DNA from: Tubulanus polymorphus
Lineage: Eukaryota; Animalia; Nemertea
DNA: 64,000 bases
Assembly: GCF_964204645.1 (NCBI RefSeq)
Contig: NC_134028.1
Location: 2,170,001-2,234,000, forward strand
Direction of reading: 5' to 3'
Each line of letters begins with the position of its first letter. The first letter of the stretch is position 1. Below the pieces are notes generated by a model. The model did no database searches. It was not told where the DNA came from and saw only the letters and a list, made by a program, of their open reading frames with translations. The translations under genes were made by a program, and so were the position numbers. Of this stretch, positions 13,414 through 26,024 are shown in pieces.

Positions 13414-13663
13414 CTGGTGAAGAGACATGTATGACTCTGCCGTGCCAGTATAGAGCAGAAATCATAGAACGGTGGTTTTTTAGAAGGAAACCTTACTTTG
13501 TTGATGAACTGAATGCAAAAAATACAAGTAGATTTAAGTGCACTATATATGTATCTAGTAAACTCAGCTATACGGCTAACAAACTATCTTATTTTATAGA
13601 ATACTCACCAATAGAACTAATATTACTCATGAAACCGAAAGTTACACACTTTTCTTTACAGAA

Positions 13664-16600
13664 ATGATGTGGAAATTCCTTTGTTCTGTTGTTTTTGCCT
13701 TTTGCTGTGTTGAACTGATTTCATCACAAAACCCAACAAGTAACGTATCTATCTACAGGGAGATGGGGAACGGGAGTTAGGGTGGCAAGATAGAAAAGAA
13801 TCTTATCAAATTAAAACACATAGTAGTTTTCCGAAATGAGATAACAATTAAATTACTTTTGTCAGCATGTAAGAACACTCAAGAAGGCACAGAATACAAG
13901 GGTACACTGAGTACGACCTTCTCTGGGAGAACTTGTGACTCATGGTCAAACCGTCCCGGTTCTTACTCGTTCCCAGCGGGTGAAACTGCGACGAGTGCTC
14001 AAAACTACTGTCGTAATCCCGGAGCAGTTCAGGATACTAGGAATAAAGATGGTCGTTACCTCTCACCTATGCGAGCAGGACCTTGGTGTTATACAACTGA
14101 TGCATATGTGTGGGATTACTGTGACGTGCCGGTATGCGGTGAACCTCCTCGAGATCCTGGTCAGTGAATTTGAATTTGATCACATACATACCCGGTATTT
14201 TGGGGCAAACAATTGCACTAAATGGTATGATTATATATTTTGCAGGAGTTGACTGTTTTAAAGTTACGAGATCTATGAATAAGTACTATTTTTCTTACAA
14301 TGGTTCACGTAGTATGAGTAGACTTGACAATCGGTGTGTCTATGCCCCTAGAGTAGAAGGCCATTTTCTCAATGTCAGGTAACTTTATCAATAGGTTGAT
14401 TTAAATTTGATAATTTGTTTCTGATCCTGTACTGAAAAATCTAATGTCTTTTAGGAATTCCATAGCAAAATATATCAAAAGGAGTGACGTATGCTATGTT
14501 TATAATGGCGCCACTCACAGGCAATTGGGATGCTACGTGTATCTCGGAGATAACGCAAATAAACCATTCAGACTTGAAGGATGCAAATCCCCTGTTAATT
14601 GTGGTGAGTTTGAATTTAGAATAAACGTAGAAAAGATATATTGCGTATTCAAAATGGTTGATCCAATCGTTGTTGTGTTGTCATGGTTATAAGTAGAAAA
14701 TTAGCGTCTTCATTCTTTACATGCATCGATGTTGGTTATTTTTCAGCCCAATACGTAGCACCAGCAACCCCTCCACCAGCACGTAAGATTCACTGATTTA
14801 ACTATCAATATTCATATAGATTTCACTATCACTATCAGCCAATATTTCACATGCATTTATGTTTCTTTCGTCAAAATTAGCCTGCCAACCCGCATGTTCC
14901 AGTCAACATGAATGCATCAATAACATTTGCCAGTGCAAGACAGGATTAGTAACCAGTGGAACGACGTGTTCATGTCCCTCGGTAAATCTTTACTGGGACA
15001 CAACTACGTTAACTTGCCAGCGTAAGTGCAATTCAAAATTGCCATCTAAATCTCTTCCGAGAAAAATGATGATCTTCATCATGATTTTTTATTGATGCAA
15101 TGAGCGTAAAAATGTTGCGAATATTCTTAATATAGCTGCGTGTCAAGGTCGTTGCAAAGATAGGGAGATATGCGTGAATGGAAATACTTGTGAGTGTGTA
15201 ACTGGATTCAATAGATCTCCAAGCGGAATTTGTGAACGTGAGTTCATTCGAAGATACCGGTTCAAATTTAACTGCATCGAAATGTCACATAAACCTCTTA
15301 AATAAGAAATGTGACCAAAATCCTCTTAAATAATGCGATAAGATTCTTGATGTTTTTCATTTTACAGCTCCTCCTACAACATGTCAGAAAATATGTAGAG
15401 CGTATGGCGATCCACATTTCCTATCATTTGATGGGTTGAGTTACGATTTTCATGGCCTTTGCACGTATATACTAGCAGAATACAATGAACCAGCATCAAC
15501 CTGTCGGTTCAGAATCTCATTGAGAAGTGTTAGAGTTACACAGAGTGTTCCTGTTACCTTTTCAACCGTTCTCATGTTTGAATCGCTTACACCAGGACAA
15601 ACATTTTCGACTCGATTCAACCGAATTTCTAAACAATTAATGGTAAATCTCGTTTAATTGGATGGCTTAATGAAGATATCTACTAGAAATTAATTGATTT
15701 AGTTATTAATGAACTGTTGAATGTTATTACTGAGAGGAGGTAAATGTATAAAGACTATATTTGATTATGTACGAATGTATGTAGAGATATTGCTTTTTGC
15801 AAAATCGATAGCACATGTGATTTCGGATTCGACACATATTTTCACTCATTTTCAGATCAATAATAAATTGTCTTCAAGTCCATATGTTGGATTACCCGGT
15901 GATTACCAGGTTGGTTGTGAATTGGGAATGTTTTTTGTGAGAAGCGCTCAATGCAGTATTGATGTCACATTTAGAGATTTTACGGTGATCATACAGCTCG
16001 GAAAAGCAACTATAAATACCTACGCAGGTATTACATTTATTTCAAACGAATGTTCCTTACTCTTTATTCTAGACACTAGAAAATCTTTCCACAATTTTGA
16101 CTATATTTCATTTTGAATCTTTCCAAGTGAATGGAACTTTAATTCGTTCGATGAAACTGTCATTTAAAGTAACATGTCAGTTGGATAATGGAAAGTAATC
16201 AATCCGTACACAGGTAATCTGATTGGTCTATGCGGTAACTGTGATGGAGATAAAACTAACGACCTCGATAATTGTTCACAAGGCACGATGACGATCGGTT
16301 CTATAGGAAGAACGACATTAAGGAATTCCTGTTTAGCGAGCGATGCAGAATTATCATTAAGGCCAAGGTATTGTGAACGAGTGATTATCATGAAAATGAT
16401 GGCACATTAAAGCACTCCATATAAATCTATAGATAAGTAATCTTTATATTCCAACTATATTCCAATATTCCAACTCATACCTTAGTTGCGTCAACCCGAC
16501 ACCTCCAGTTACCTGCGAAAAAAGTATTCTTGATGCATTGGGATCGGACAAAGAAAAATGCGCTCTGTTAAAGTAAGTTTTAACCAAATATATTATGCAT

Positions 16601-19130
16601 GTTCTACATATTATCACTTGATAAATTGATTTGAAAATATTTTCATCATTTTAGGTCCTCACCGGGCCCATTCGCCCAGTGTTTGGCTAGTGGCGTGGTG
16701 GACGTTTCGCCTTTTTTTGAATCATGTAAAAAGGACGCGTGTTACACACGAGCAGATATAAACAAACAAAAAGAAATAATTTGCGCGAGTCTTAGCACAT
16801 TTGAGGTGAAATGTAGAGAAGCTGGGTTTACAACTGATGTTTGGAGATCAGCAACTTTCTGTCGTTAGTATCCAACATAAATGTACATGTATTATGATTT
16901 ATGTAAAAATACATGCGATAAGACAACAAACATGATAGATAGATAATCTATTTCTCTACAACCAACTTTAATTCTTTTTAAATATTTGTAATTTCTGTTG
17001 CAGCGACACCTGAATGCCCACAAAATTCACATTACAACCACAGTGCTGTTACCCCTCGACCAACATGCACACAACCGTTCCAATACCATGCAGCAAACGC
17101 CGTCAAATTACCATTGTGTATTTGCGACGATGGGTACATGCTTTCTGGACAAATATGTGTTCTCAAATCAAAATGCGGTATAAATTCGTTTCCATTTTAC
17201 ATTTCATGGTTTATCGATTTGTTAATTACTATTTGCAGCATTATTTACTATCACTCTTTGATCACCAGATGTATGTGTTCAGTCTCAGTGTAAAAATGGT
17301 GGAATTTGTGAACCACAGAACAGTGGTTACAGATGTATCTGTCAAAAGGACTTTACAGGAGATTACTGTGAAAACGGTTAAGTTATCAGTCAGATTGTAT
17401 TATTAGTGCAATTAGTTCACATAGGCGAAACGTGGTTTATAATTTTTATTTTAGATTTCCTTTCTAATGAAATATGGTAAAGATTTTGTGTTCTTTATGA
17501 GCTGTTTTCAATTTCTAAGAAAAGGGAAAATGGAACGATGATACGTTTTTTCACAGGTCCTGGTAATTTGTGTGATCCAAATCCATGCAATGGTGGGGTG
17601 TGCCAGATTGATCCATATGGTGAAGTAGTTTGCCAATGTCCAGAATCCCTTACTGGTGAACGATGTACAACTCCAGTACCTGTTGGTAAATAGTGAAATA
17701 CCACTTGCCCACTTTTAGAATAACTAAGAAAGTCATTATACAGGTTTTATTCTATTCTTTAGATCCCTGTTCGCCAAACCCATGTAAAAATGGTCTGTGC
17801 CAAATTCTGCTGGTAAATGGCGTTCCGAACACATACACTTGCAGCTGTGATCCGGATTATACTGGGGATCAATGTCAATGCGGCCCTAACACACCTTACG
17901 ACGCTAACTCTGGTGAATGTGTCAGTAAGTATACCAGTATCTGAATGATTATAATTGAAAACCTGTATTTTACTTAGTAACAAGTTAGCTGCGCTTATTA
18001 GCCATTGTTTATTACAGATTGCTGTTCTTCAATTTCTTTCAGAAGATCTAATTATAAAATGCCTGACACCGTTGGTTTGATATTTTAGGTAATCCATGCT
18101 CGGCAAACCCATGTGGTACCAATGGACAATGTGTTCAATCTGCAGCAGGTCACACTTGTAACTGTAATGCGGGTTTTACCGGTGATCAATGTCAATGTGG
18201 CCCTAACACACCTTACGACGCTAACTCTGGTACATGTGTCAGTAAGTATACCGATATCTGAACAAAATGATTGATAAGAAAAATCAATTAACACAAAAGC
18301 CACAACATCATGGCTGTTAATTTTACTAAGATTTATTATGAAATGTCTGAAATCATTTGTTTTTACTTTAGGTAATCCATGCTCGGCTAACCCATGTGGT
18401 TCCAATGGACAATGTGTTCAATCTGCAGCAGGTTACACTTGTAACTGTAATGCGGATTTTACCGGTGATCAATGTCAATGCGGCCCTAATACACCTTACG
18501 ACGCGAACACTCGCGCATGCAAATCAGGTGAATCATTTTCTGACTGACAAATATGCATATCATAAAACATTTGCAAAATTAGAAATATTCTCCTGACCTC
18601 ATTAAATTCTTACAGTTTGTAATAGCTGCACAGATCGTCAAGTGCTCGATGCTAGTGGAATCTGTCAATGTGTATCAGGAACAACATGGAACGGATCGCA
18701 GTGCGTCTGTGATTCCAATCGCCTCTGGGACCCCGTAACGAAAAAATGCTTTGGTAAAATTTTTACATACATTCGAAATGATTCTTGGCAACATTTTAAG
18801 CTCTACCAAAGCCGTGATGCCTTCTAATTAGCTATGCCTATCGGAACTTTAAATGATACTGTTAATCATTGGCTATTACTCATTAAGATATTTCTTCTTT
18901 TTAGCGCATGTTGCTAGTGCAGGTAATTCTTACGATTTACCATTTCAAAATTATGATTTGGTCGAAACAATCTAATAAATGCAAATTGTTTTCATTGTGA
19001 AATATCAATCCTTTCAGGATGGTGCAGGCTATTCGTTACGAATCCATGTAGCCCAGGATTATGCGTTCCCAATGGTCGAGGATATTACTGCATTTGTCCC
19101 AATGGGCACACAATTTCTGGATGCCGCTAG
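13664..19130 (+). CDS. Paralogue B: secreted kringle / VWD-C8-TIL / multi-EGF protein, about 992 aa, 21 coding exons
   Basis: Exons 13664-13739, 13866-14159 (kringle), 14246-14378, 14455-14603, 14747-14782, 14881-15021, 15136-15237, 15368-15642 (VWD GDPH), 15856-16027, 16214-16367, 16486-16572, 16655-16863 (C8), 17004-17177 (TIL-like), 17269-17376, 17557-17685, 17763-17924, 18089-18241, 18372-18527, 18616-18753, 18905-18922, 19018-19130 (TAG). Total 2979 nt in frame. A 3'-UTR intron lies at 19148-19220 and AATAAA at about 19340. Confidence 0.85.
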
Positions 19131-19720
19131 AACCCGACCATCGAATGGTGAGGTTTACAGGTTTAATCATCTGTTTCGTAATATTTTGGATTTTTACTTA
19201 TGCGTCTCATTTCTTTCTAGACTGTGAGAAATGCGTTCGCTTCTTGTTTTGTTTGTGATGAATAATGTAGCACCAGAAAAGACTGATATCCAACAATTTC
19301 TTCTCATGTCATGAAATTAATTGTATTTGATTCATAACTAATAAAACATATTTACGCAAACAATGCAGTGTCTAAAATTCATCTATGGTGCATTTGATCC
19401 TAGAGTTTCATTCATGATTTGATCCCATGCGAGGAATAGGCACTTGAGGATTATAATAGACCTATAGAATTTGCTTCCATGCGGCCAATGAATCTACTAA
19501 AACCCCCCAAAATTGACTAAATAACATCTACTAAGTAGCAAAATCAATGATAACAAGAAAAAAAATTTGAAGGTATATTGAAAAAACAAAACACACATAG
19601 GCCTGAATTGCTTAATATTGTCGACAATTAAAAAGATGATATTGATTATGTAAGCCCTACACATGTAATAGACGTTATTATAGATTTGAATATATCAATA
19701 ATTGAATTGATCGGCAACCA

Positions 19721-19908
19721 GGGCCAACTTCGTTATCGGAGTAAGTGGCCCATAGTCGAACTAGTGAAACCATGGACTCTTCGTTTTAGAGTCCATGGTG
19801 AAACCGAACGTTAGTCAGTCGGAAATTCCGGAATAGTTCGGAAATTAAGCGCATTCGGTTATTAGTTCCGAGCACTAGTCGACTAGATACGAAAACCGAA
19901 TTTGGCCC
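19721..19908. mobile_element. GGGCC-terminated MITE-like element with a nested 27-bp mini inverted repeat
   Basis: Ends gggccaacttcg / cgaatttggccc. Internal catggactct-7nt-agagtccatg (19771-19797) is flanked by a gtgaaac direct repeat. Confidence 0.6.
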
Positions 19909-21514
19909 GTCTAACCTTGATATATTGATGACGTAGCACACAGTCTCAAAAGTTATTATAAAAATGTATCAAAAACAAAATAACAGTTATACAACAGTTA
20001 TGAAGAGTGAGACTTAAATGATTATTTCAGTATCTATATACGGGGTGCACCAGTTTAGTAACTAAAACTAACAGATTTGTCATAATTTGTCTGAATTTGG
20101 CGTGCATATTTTTAACCGATCATCCGCTCCGCTAGCCATGAGGCTTGCATGAAGGTGAAAGCATTGATATTCTGACACTCAATACACTTTTTTCCTTACA
20201 CTTTCTAAACTTCCTTGCGCGAAGCGACGTCTAAGGCTGGCTTAATGTCGACGCCTAGACCAACGCAACCGGCCGGATAATCGCCGATCAGCGCCACATA
20301 ACTTCAGCGTTTTCAAACTTCCAAGCATTTTCAAACTTCAAAAGAAAAGATGCCATTGACCGCAATTCAAGAATGGCCAGTGACCTACCTGTAATACCTT
20401 TTGAAATCATTCCCCGAAGCTTTTGTTATTGGTGATGCAACCAATCACCGGCTACGAACTTTAAGGGGGTCAGTTAAAAACTGGTGGGCGCTCCTACAAG
20501 TTGTCATTACACTTGGAAATTCTACACGGCGAAGAAGTCTCTGTCGCTGGTTATTGGTCAGATAGGACACGTTTTAGAAAAAGAGAATTTTCATTAGATT
20601 GTAACAAACGCAGCTGAGCTGATAAATTATTTGTTATTAATACAACTGGATTTTGGCAACAGGACACGGAATTTAAAAATGACTTTAAGATTGACTCTTA
20701 AATAAAAGGATTACATTTTCAAATTGCTGCTTCATCCGCGTTACAAAGTTGCTGTAAGGTAGGTGGAACATTTATTTAACATTAGCGGTCGAAATTATGT
20801 TTTATAGGTTTAGATTTAGGAAGAAATAGTTGCACTTTAGGTTAGGGTTAGGTCAGGTTTAATTAACAGGTACCGGTACCCAGTGTTCCAGCTTCATGGA
20901 AGATACAACAGACTCGCCTACCGATGAAAAACAAGAGCGGTCCGAATTGAATAAGGTAGGACATATTTCAGCGTGGACTTATCAACTAGAGTTGATACGT
21001 CCATGATTTCAGTGAGAAGAAAAAGACCCCCGGGCCGCAGAAGATCGAACCCGAAGTTCAATGATGATGATAGAGTGGCTTGAAAAATTCAGGTGCGATT
21101 TGTATGACATGTTTAATTGTTCTTGTAGATAAATAGAATTGATAGAATTTATGGTAGTTCTAACTAGTTATTTGACCCCCCCAATTAAAACATAATTTCA
21201 ACCGTTAATTCTTAGGTATTTTGAATATATTTCACGATTATTCAACGCCCCCCACCCTCACCCCTCCCCTTAAAACGAAGCTTCCACGATTTTGTGGGTC
21301 AAGCGTGACTTCGATAGGATGAGGAATTGACGATTTGGACTTGACAACTTTTTTCTACATAATAGAAACTACATAAACGTTAACACATGTAGAGCTAGGG
21401 GGTTGGACTATTAACCCCCCAAAAACATACAGATAACAGTGATACAAATATAAAACAATGGAAAAATATACACTTATATAATATTACACATTAAAATGAT
21501 AGAATTAAATTTTT

Positions 21515-21745
21515 CACGCGCCATTTCATTTTCTCGCGCCATTTTTTCGAAGTCTCATCTCGCGCCGTTTTATTTTGAAGTCTCATCTCGCGCCATTTCA
21601 TTTTGAAGTCTCATCTCGCGCCATTTCATTTTGAAGTTTCATCTCGCGCCATTTCATTTTGAAGTCTCATCTCGCGCCATTTTATTTGGAGGTAATCTCG
21701 CGCAGTTTTATTTGGAGGTAATCTCGCGCCATTTTATTTTTAAGT
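21515..21745. repeat. Minisatellite of about 28 bp (ctcgcgccatttcattttgaagtctcat), about 9 degenerate copies
   Basis: Tandem repeats are directly visible, with a period of 28 in the central copies. Confidence 0.85.
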
Positions 21746-22676
21746 AATCTCTTTATTTTTATTTGTCTTTTTTGCGCATCCCAGATACATCACTTATTTT
21801 GTTGTTCTGTAAATAATCATATATCAACTCACTCAGTTTTGTATTGTAATATATGTATTGTACCATATATTGTATTATGTATTGTAATGTTTTGTATTAT
21901 GTATTTGTAATTACGTACTCTTCTCACTCGGTTCTCTCTAATTAGTGTCAGTCTGCCTATAAATACTGATTAGTAGCGAAAGCTTGTGCGTCAAATAAAC
22001 CTATATTGTATACTTATACTTGTCTCGTAATAATTATTCTAAACCCGGTTTATACCCAAGGCTCCTCTACGGAATAAGGGAACATCGTGTTTTAATTCCT
22101 GATTCGGACCCACTGTCGCAGCCTTCGTCAGTGGACACAGGACAACTCGGGCTGGATTCGAACCCTTGAAAGCAGCAGGCCCTGCTCTTGGACATTGAGG
22201 AAAACTTCTGAGACTAAGATTCGATTTTCAGCCTTCTTTGACGAAGAGAACTTCAGCGGGACAATACTCAGAATTCGAACTTGTGGAATGAACCTGTTGT
22301 GGAATTTTCTGCGAAAGCTTCATTTTTCTACTAGAAAGGAAATTAAATCAATTTTATATCGGTAACGATTACGACGAGTAGTATTGAAACAAACACAGTT
22401 AACCTACACGGCTGTCTGGAATCAGTTGTTTCGGGATGAAAAATTTGCAGATAATTCCGAAACATATTCATTCCATCACGAGGAGACTGAAATTGACTGG
22501 TGACCCACGTACGCTGGGCGAACTTTGGTTATCTGAGTTAGTCGCGACTATAGTTGAACTGTTGAACTGAATCGTCATTCATGAACATGTAGACCGGAAA
22601 TAAATCGGAGTTACGCATGCGCACAACAAAGCACCGACCTGGTGTGAAAAAAAACAATTCGCGACCAGTCTAACTC

Positions 22677-22771
22677 CATCTTCACCCGTCAAGGGATTCG
22701 AACCCACTACGCTAAAGCTGTTCGCCGAAGCGAGTTCGGGAGTGATACCTGACCCCTGGCAAGCGAGGATG
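22677..22771. mobile_element. 95-bp CATC...GATG TIR element with 9-bp TSD, nested in the TIR of a GGGCC-family MITE (about 22516-22793)
   Basis: gtctaactc direct repeat at 22668-22676 and 22772-22780; contains GGGATTCGAACC. A homologous copy in the opposite orientation lies at 25933-26024. Confidence 0.7.
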
Positions 22772-22863
22772 GTCTAACTCCGATAACCGAAGTTGATTAG
22801 ACTGGTTGCCTGTGCCTCGAAGCATAGACCGGTCACCAGTCTGGCCTAAAGTTTACTTATGAT

Positions 22864-22878
22864 CCACTAGATGGCGCT
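22864..22878 (+). promoter_or_regulatory. CTCF-like binding motif upstream of ANKRD40
   Basis: CCACTAGATGGCGCT matches the bilaterian CTCF core consensus and lies about 65 bp before the ATG. Confidence 0.5.
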
Positions 22879-22943
22879 TTTGACTGACCAATTCAATTCA
22901 AATTCATAGGAAAACAATATATTTTGGGGGTGTAGGATCGGTG

Positions 22944-24829
22944 ATGTTTCAAGAGGAGCAGCTCAGAGAAAGTGCCTGTGATGGCGATATCGAACGTGTA
23001 CAGCGACTTATTCAACAAGGAGTCAGTGTGAACTCGAAACACAACATCAATGGTTGGTGAGTGGGCCCTCTCGCTCTCCTCAGTCTCAACGATCGATATA
23101 AACAAAAAGTCAAAAGTAAAAGTGTAAATCGTCTTCCTCTCTCACTCTCAGTCTCAGTCTCAGTTAGTCTGAATACCAGTCGTTGTTACTGTTCCCTACA
23201 ACCTTGAGACCTTTATCAGTCTGATTCGACTCGGTCTCTCTAAGTTTAACTAATAAGTCGATTCATTCAATTCAACATGTTCAAGGATAGGATTGAAAGG
23301 ATTGGAAAGGAGTTAATTTTTCATGTAGGTAGTATGTTTATAGGCCTACTAGTTCTCTAGAGACGAGAGCAGAGTAAATCTGTGGGGGTTGGGGTGAGGG
23401 TTATTGAGACTTGGGTCACATCATTTTTCTGTGATCACATTAAAAGCGCTGTGAACTGTAAAGCGTTCATTATGTTTTCCTGATCTCCTTAGCGTTTTAA
23501 CGTAACGCGGCCGGGTAGGGATAAGGGGTCAGGTTTCAGACGATGCAGACGTTATAGTATCACAGAATACTATAGTTAGTTACCTAATCGTTGGTGGTAA
23601 GCTTTTTATAATCCGATGAGCTTATACCATTCATGTGGTTTGTGAAAATATCCGATCGTGAAACTAAACCACAGACAGGTTACTGACTAAGAATTCTATT
23701 GACAGTTCTGTGTAGTCTAGCTTTTGTGTAGTGGATTTTGTGGCTCAGCTTCGCGGTGATTGCGTCAGTTGACAGTAGATTTTCATTAAATGTTCGAAGC
23801 TCGTTGGGGACACCCTCGAATTTCCGATATTTTTTCCGACCTTTTGAATGATGCCTTACCTACTGACCCTAGTTGTCAAGATATTTTCTTTTTTACATAG
23901 GACCCCGCTTCATTGGGCGTGTAAGCGTGGGCATCAATCGATTGTTTCATTGCTTCTTATGAATGGAGCTGAACGGAATGTAACCAATAATAAAGGAGAA
24001 TTACCAGTTGAATTGACTGATAAACTGCAAATTCGCGAAATACTTGGAGGTTAGTCTAGTAGGGCGTTAGAGACCTTTACTAACAAATGAACTGTCAAAT
24101 GATTGTATTCTTTATATATATGTATATATATATATATATATATTTCAGCATCTAGTGACACACAATACAAGTGCGAAGATTTACCGATAACACCGAACTA
24201 CATCAGTCATCCCAAATTTCCGTACATCAAATCTTCTTCAACTCCGGCCAACATGAACGGCTACGCTGCTCCTGCTGAGAAGGATGAGATGTTGAGAAGT
24301 AAAATGTCTTCAGTTGCAGTACCTTCACCTTCATTAATGCAGCCAAATTATTTACTTCACAAAGAGGGTATTTTAGATGAAAAAGGTAAATTATCTATCG
24401 CAGGTTTACGATGTAAGAGATCTTCGGTTTTTCTATTCTGTATTTATAAGCCATAAATCCAACATTGCGTTTCTATGAACTTTTACGTTCTTTATCTTAG
24501 AGTTAGTTCTGAAGGTACGAATTGCTTTAGCGGCCGAAACGGATTTCATCGAAATCGAGTTGGATCGTAACAAACTCACGTACGAAAATCTGCTGCTGAC
24601 GTGTTGTCGAGAGCTCGAGGTCGACAGACATCTCGCGTATAGAATCCGTAAAATGCCGAACACGATTTTGAGAAAGGACAAAGACGTGCGACGATTGCTG
24701 GATTTCCAGCAGATCGAACTGATTTTAACTAGTCAAGCGACTAGCGCGATATCGAGACATTACGGTGGTAGTCAAGGTGGTAAACAGATCATTTCTCCTG
24801 CCAAAGATTTCAAACCAATCGTTTATTGA
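22944..24829 (+). CDS. ANKRD40: Ankyrin repeat domain-containing protein 40, about 269 aa, 4 coding exons
   Basis: Exons 22944-23056, 23901-24049, 24149-24367, 24501-24829 (810 nt). N-terminal EEQLRESACDGD..NGWTPLHWACKRGH ankyrin repeats. The C-terminal ELVLKVRI..DFIEIELDR..LTYENLL..CCREL..IRKMPNTILRKDKDV..L.DFQ matches the ANKRD40 C-terminal domain. Confidence 0.92.
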
Positions 24830-25932
24830 CACTTACAAATATTCCGTCATTGAGAACAAATTTTACTTCAGTTGTCGATGAATCAACATTAATTCTGGAA
24901 ATAGATATACATCATGGACATTTATTGCATCGAACACCCGCTGGGTCCGATTGGGTCCGATTACTGAGAATAAGTTGAGATTTGAAAGCTCATTTCAATC
25001 ATGGTATCAATACCACCAGTTTCGTCTTGAAATTAAAGCCGGACTTCGTTCTAGTCCTGAGAATCCTGGAAAGGTCAGGCCTCTGGAAATAAGTAATGAT
25101 TTTGGGAAATGATTTAAAATGTTAAGTGTCTAAAACTATTAAAAAGGTATGGAATTTTAGAAATGCGGTCGGGATTAATTTTTCTCATGGTTTTAGTACT
25201 GCGTTGTGAAAATTAATTCTGGTGGCTAAGATGGGAACATCTTATGCATTTCCTTATCTACGTAGTAGCTTATGGTACCCTATGGAAAATCAACGACTGC
25301 AATTGGTACAAACCCTTGTATGGGTAACTAGATCTTAACAATAGACAGTAGCATGTTTTACCCCATAAAATTATTAATTGTTTACATTGATGAAACATTT
25401 TTAGATCCTACGTTTTTTCAGATTTTCAATACCAGGTATATTCTGTAATCTTTTCCCCCGATTTCAAATGTCTTCCTTGATTTCACGTATTAATACTATT
25501 AATCATTCAAAACAATCTACTGCTTTCAGTAGGCCCTATCAATTAGGTATTTAATTTTGTTACATTAAATTTTGATAGTGCATTTTATCAATAGAAAATA
25601 AATTTTCCGTTAAATTAATAACTAGTGTATTATGTTGTTTATTGAATCGGTGGCAGTTTAAGCTTCTGGTGCTTGTCACGGGTCAATACTTGAGCCAGTC
25701 ACAAAGATGTCATATTGTATGTAGCAAGCAAATAATCCAGTAGAATATAAACTGAATATAACGTAATATCTCCCCAACAAAAATACAAATACCCTGATAC
25801 AAATTTACTCTTTGCGACTAATCTATTATAAAAGAAATTCCAGTCCGTTCAGTGCTGTCTTTAAGAGTGGTCATTTTCTATGAATCCGACCTGCAGATCA
25901 GTTATTGTTTGTCCGCTGCAGCCGTTTTAAGA

Positions 25933-26024
25933 CATCCTCACTTGCCAGGGTATGGTATCGCTGCTGAACTCACTTCAGAACGGCTAAAGCTTAGTGAGTT
26001 CGAATCCCTTGATGGGTGAAGACG
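25933..26024 (-). mobile_element. Second copy of the short CATC...GATG element
   Basis: The reverse complement aligns with 22677-22771 (cttcacccatcaagggattcgaac...ccctggcaagtgaggatg). Imperfect flanking repeat ttttaaga/ttctaaga. Confidence 0.7.

Noticed and set aside
22095-22135. Possible fourth hammerhead on the minus strand (CTGACGA...GAAT)
   Set aside because: GAAT replaces GAAA and stem II pairs poorly.
22140-22170. GGATTCGAACCC as part of a tRNA gene (also 22693, 40385, 62226)
   Set aside because: Only B-box-like motifs within repeats; no cloverleaf.
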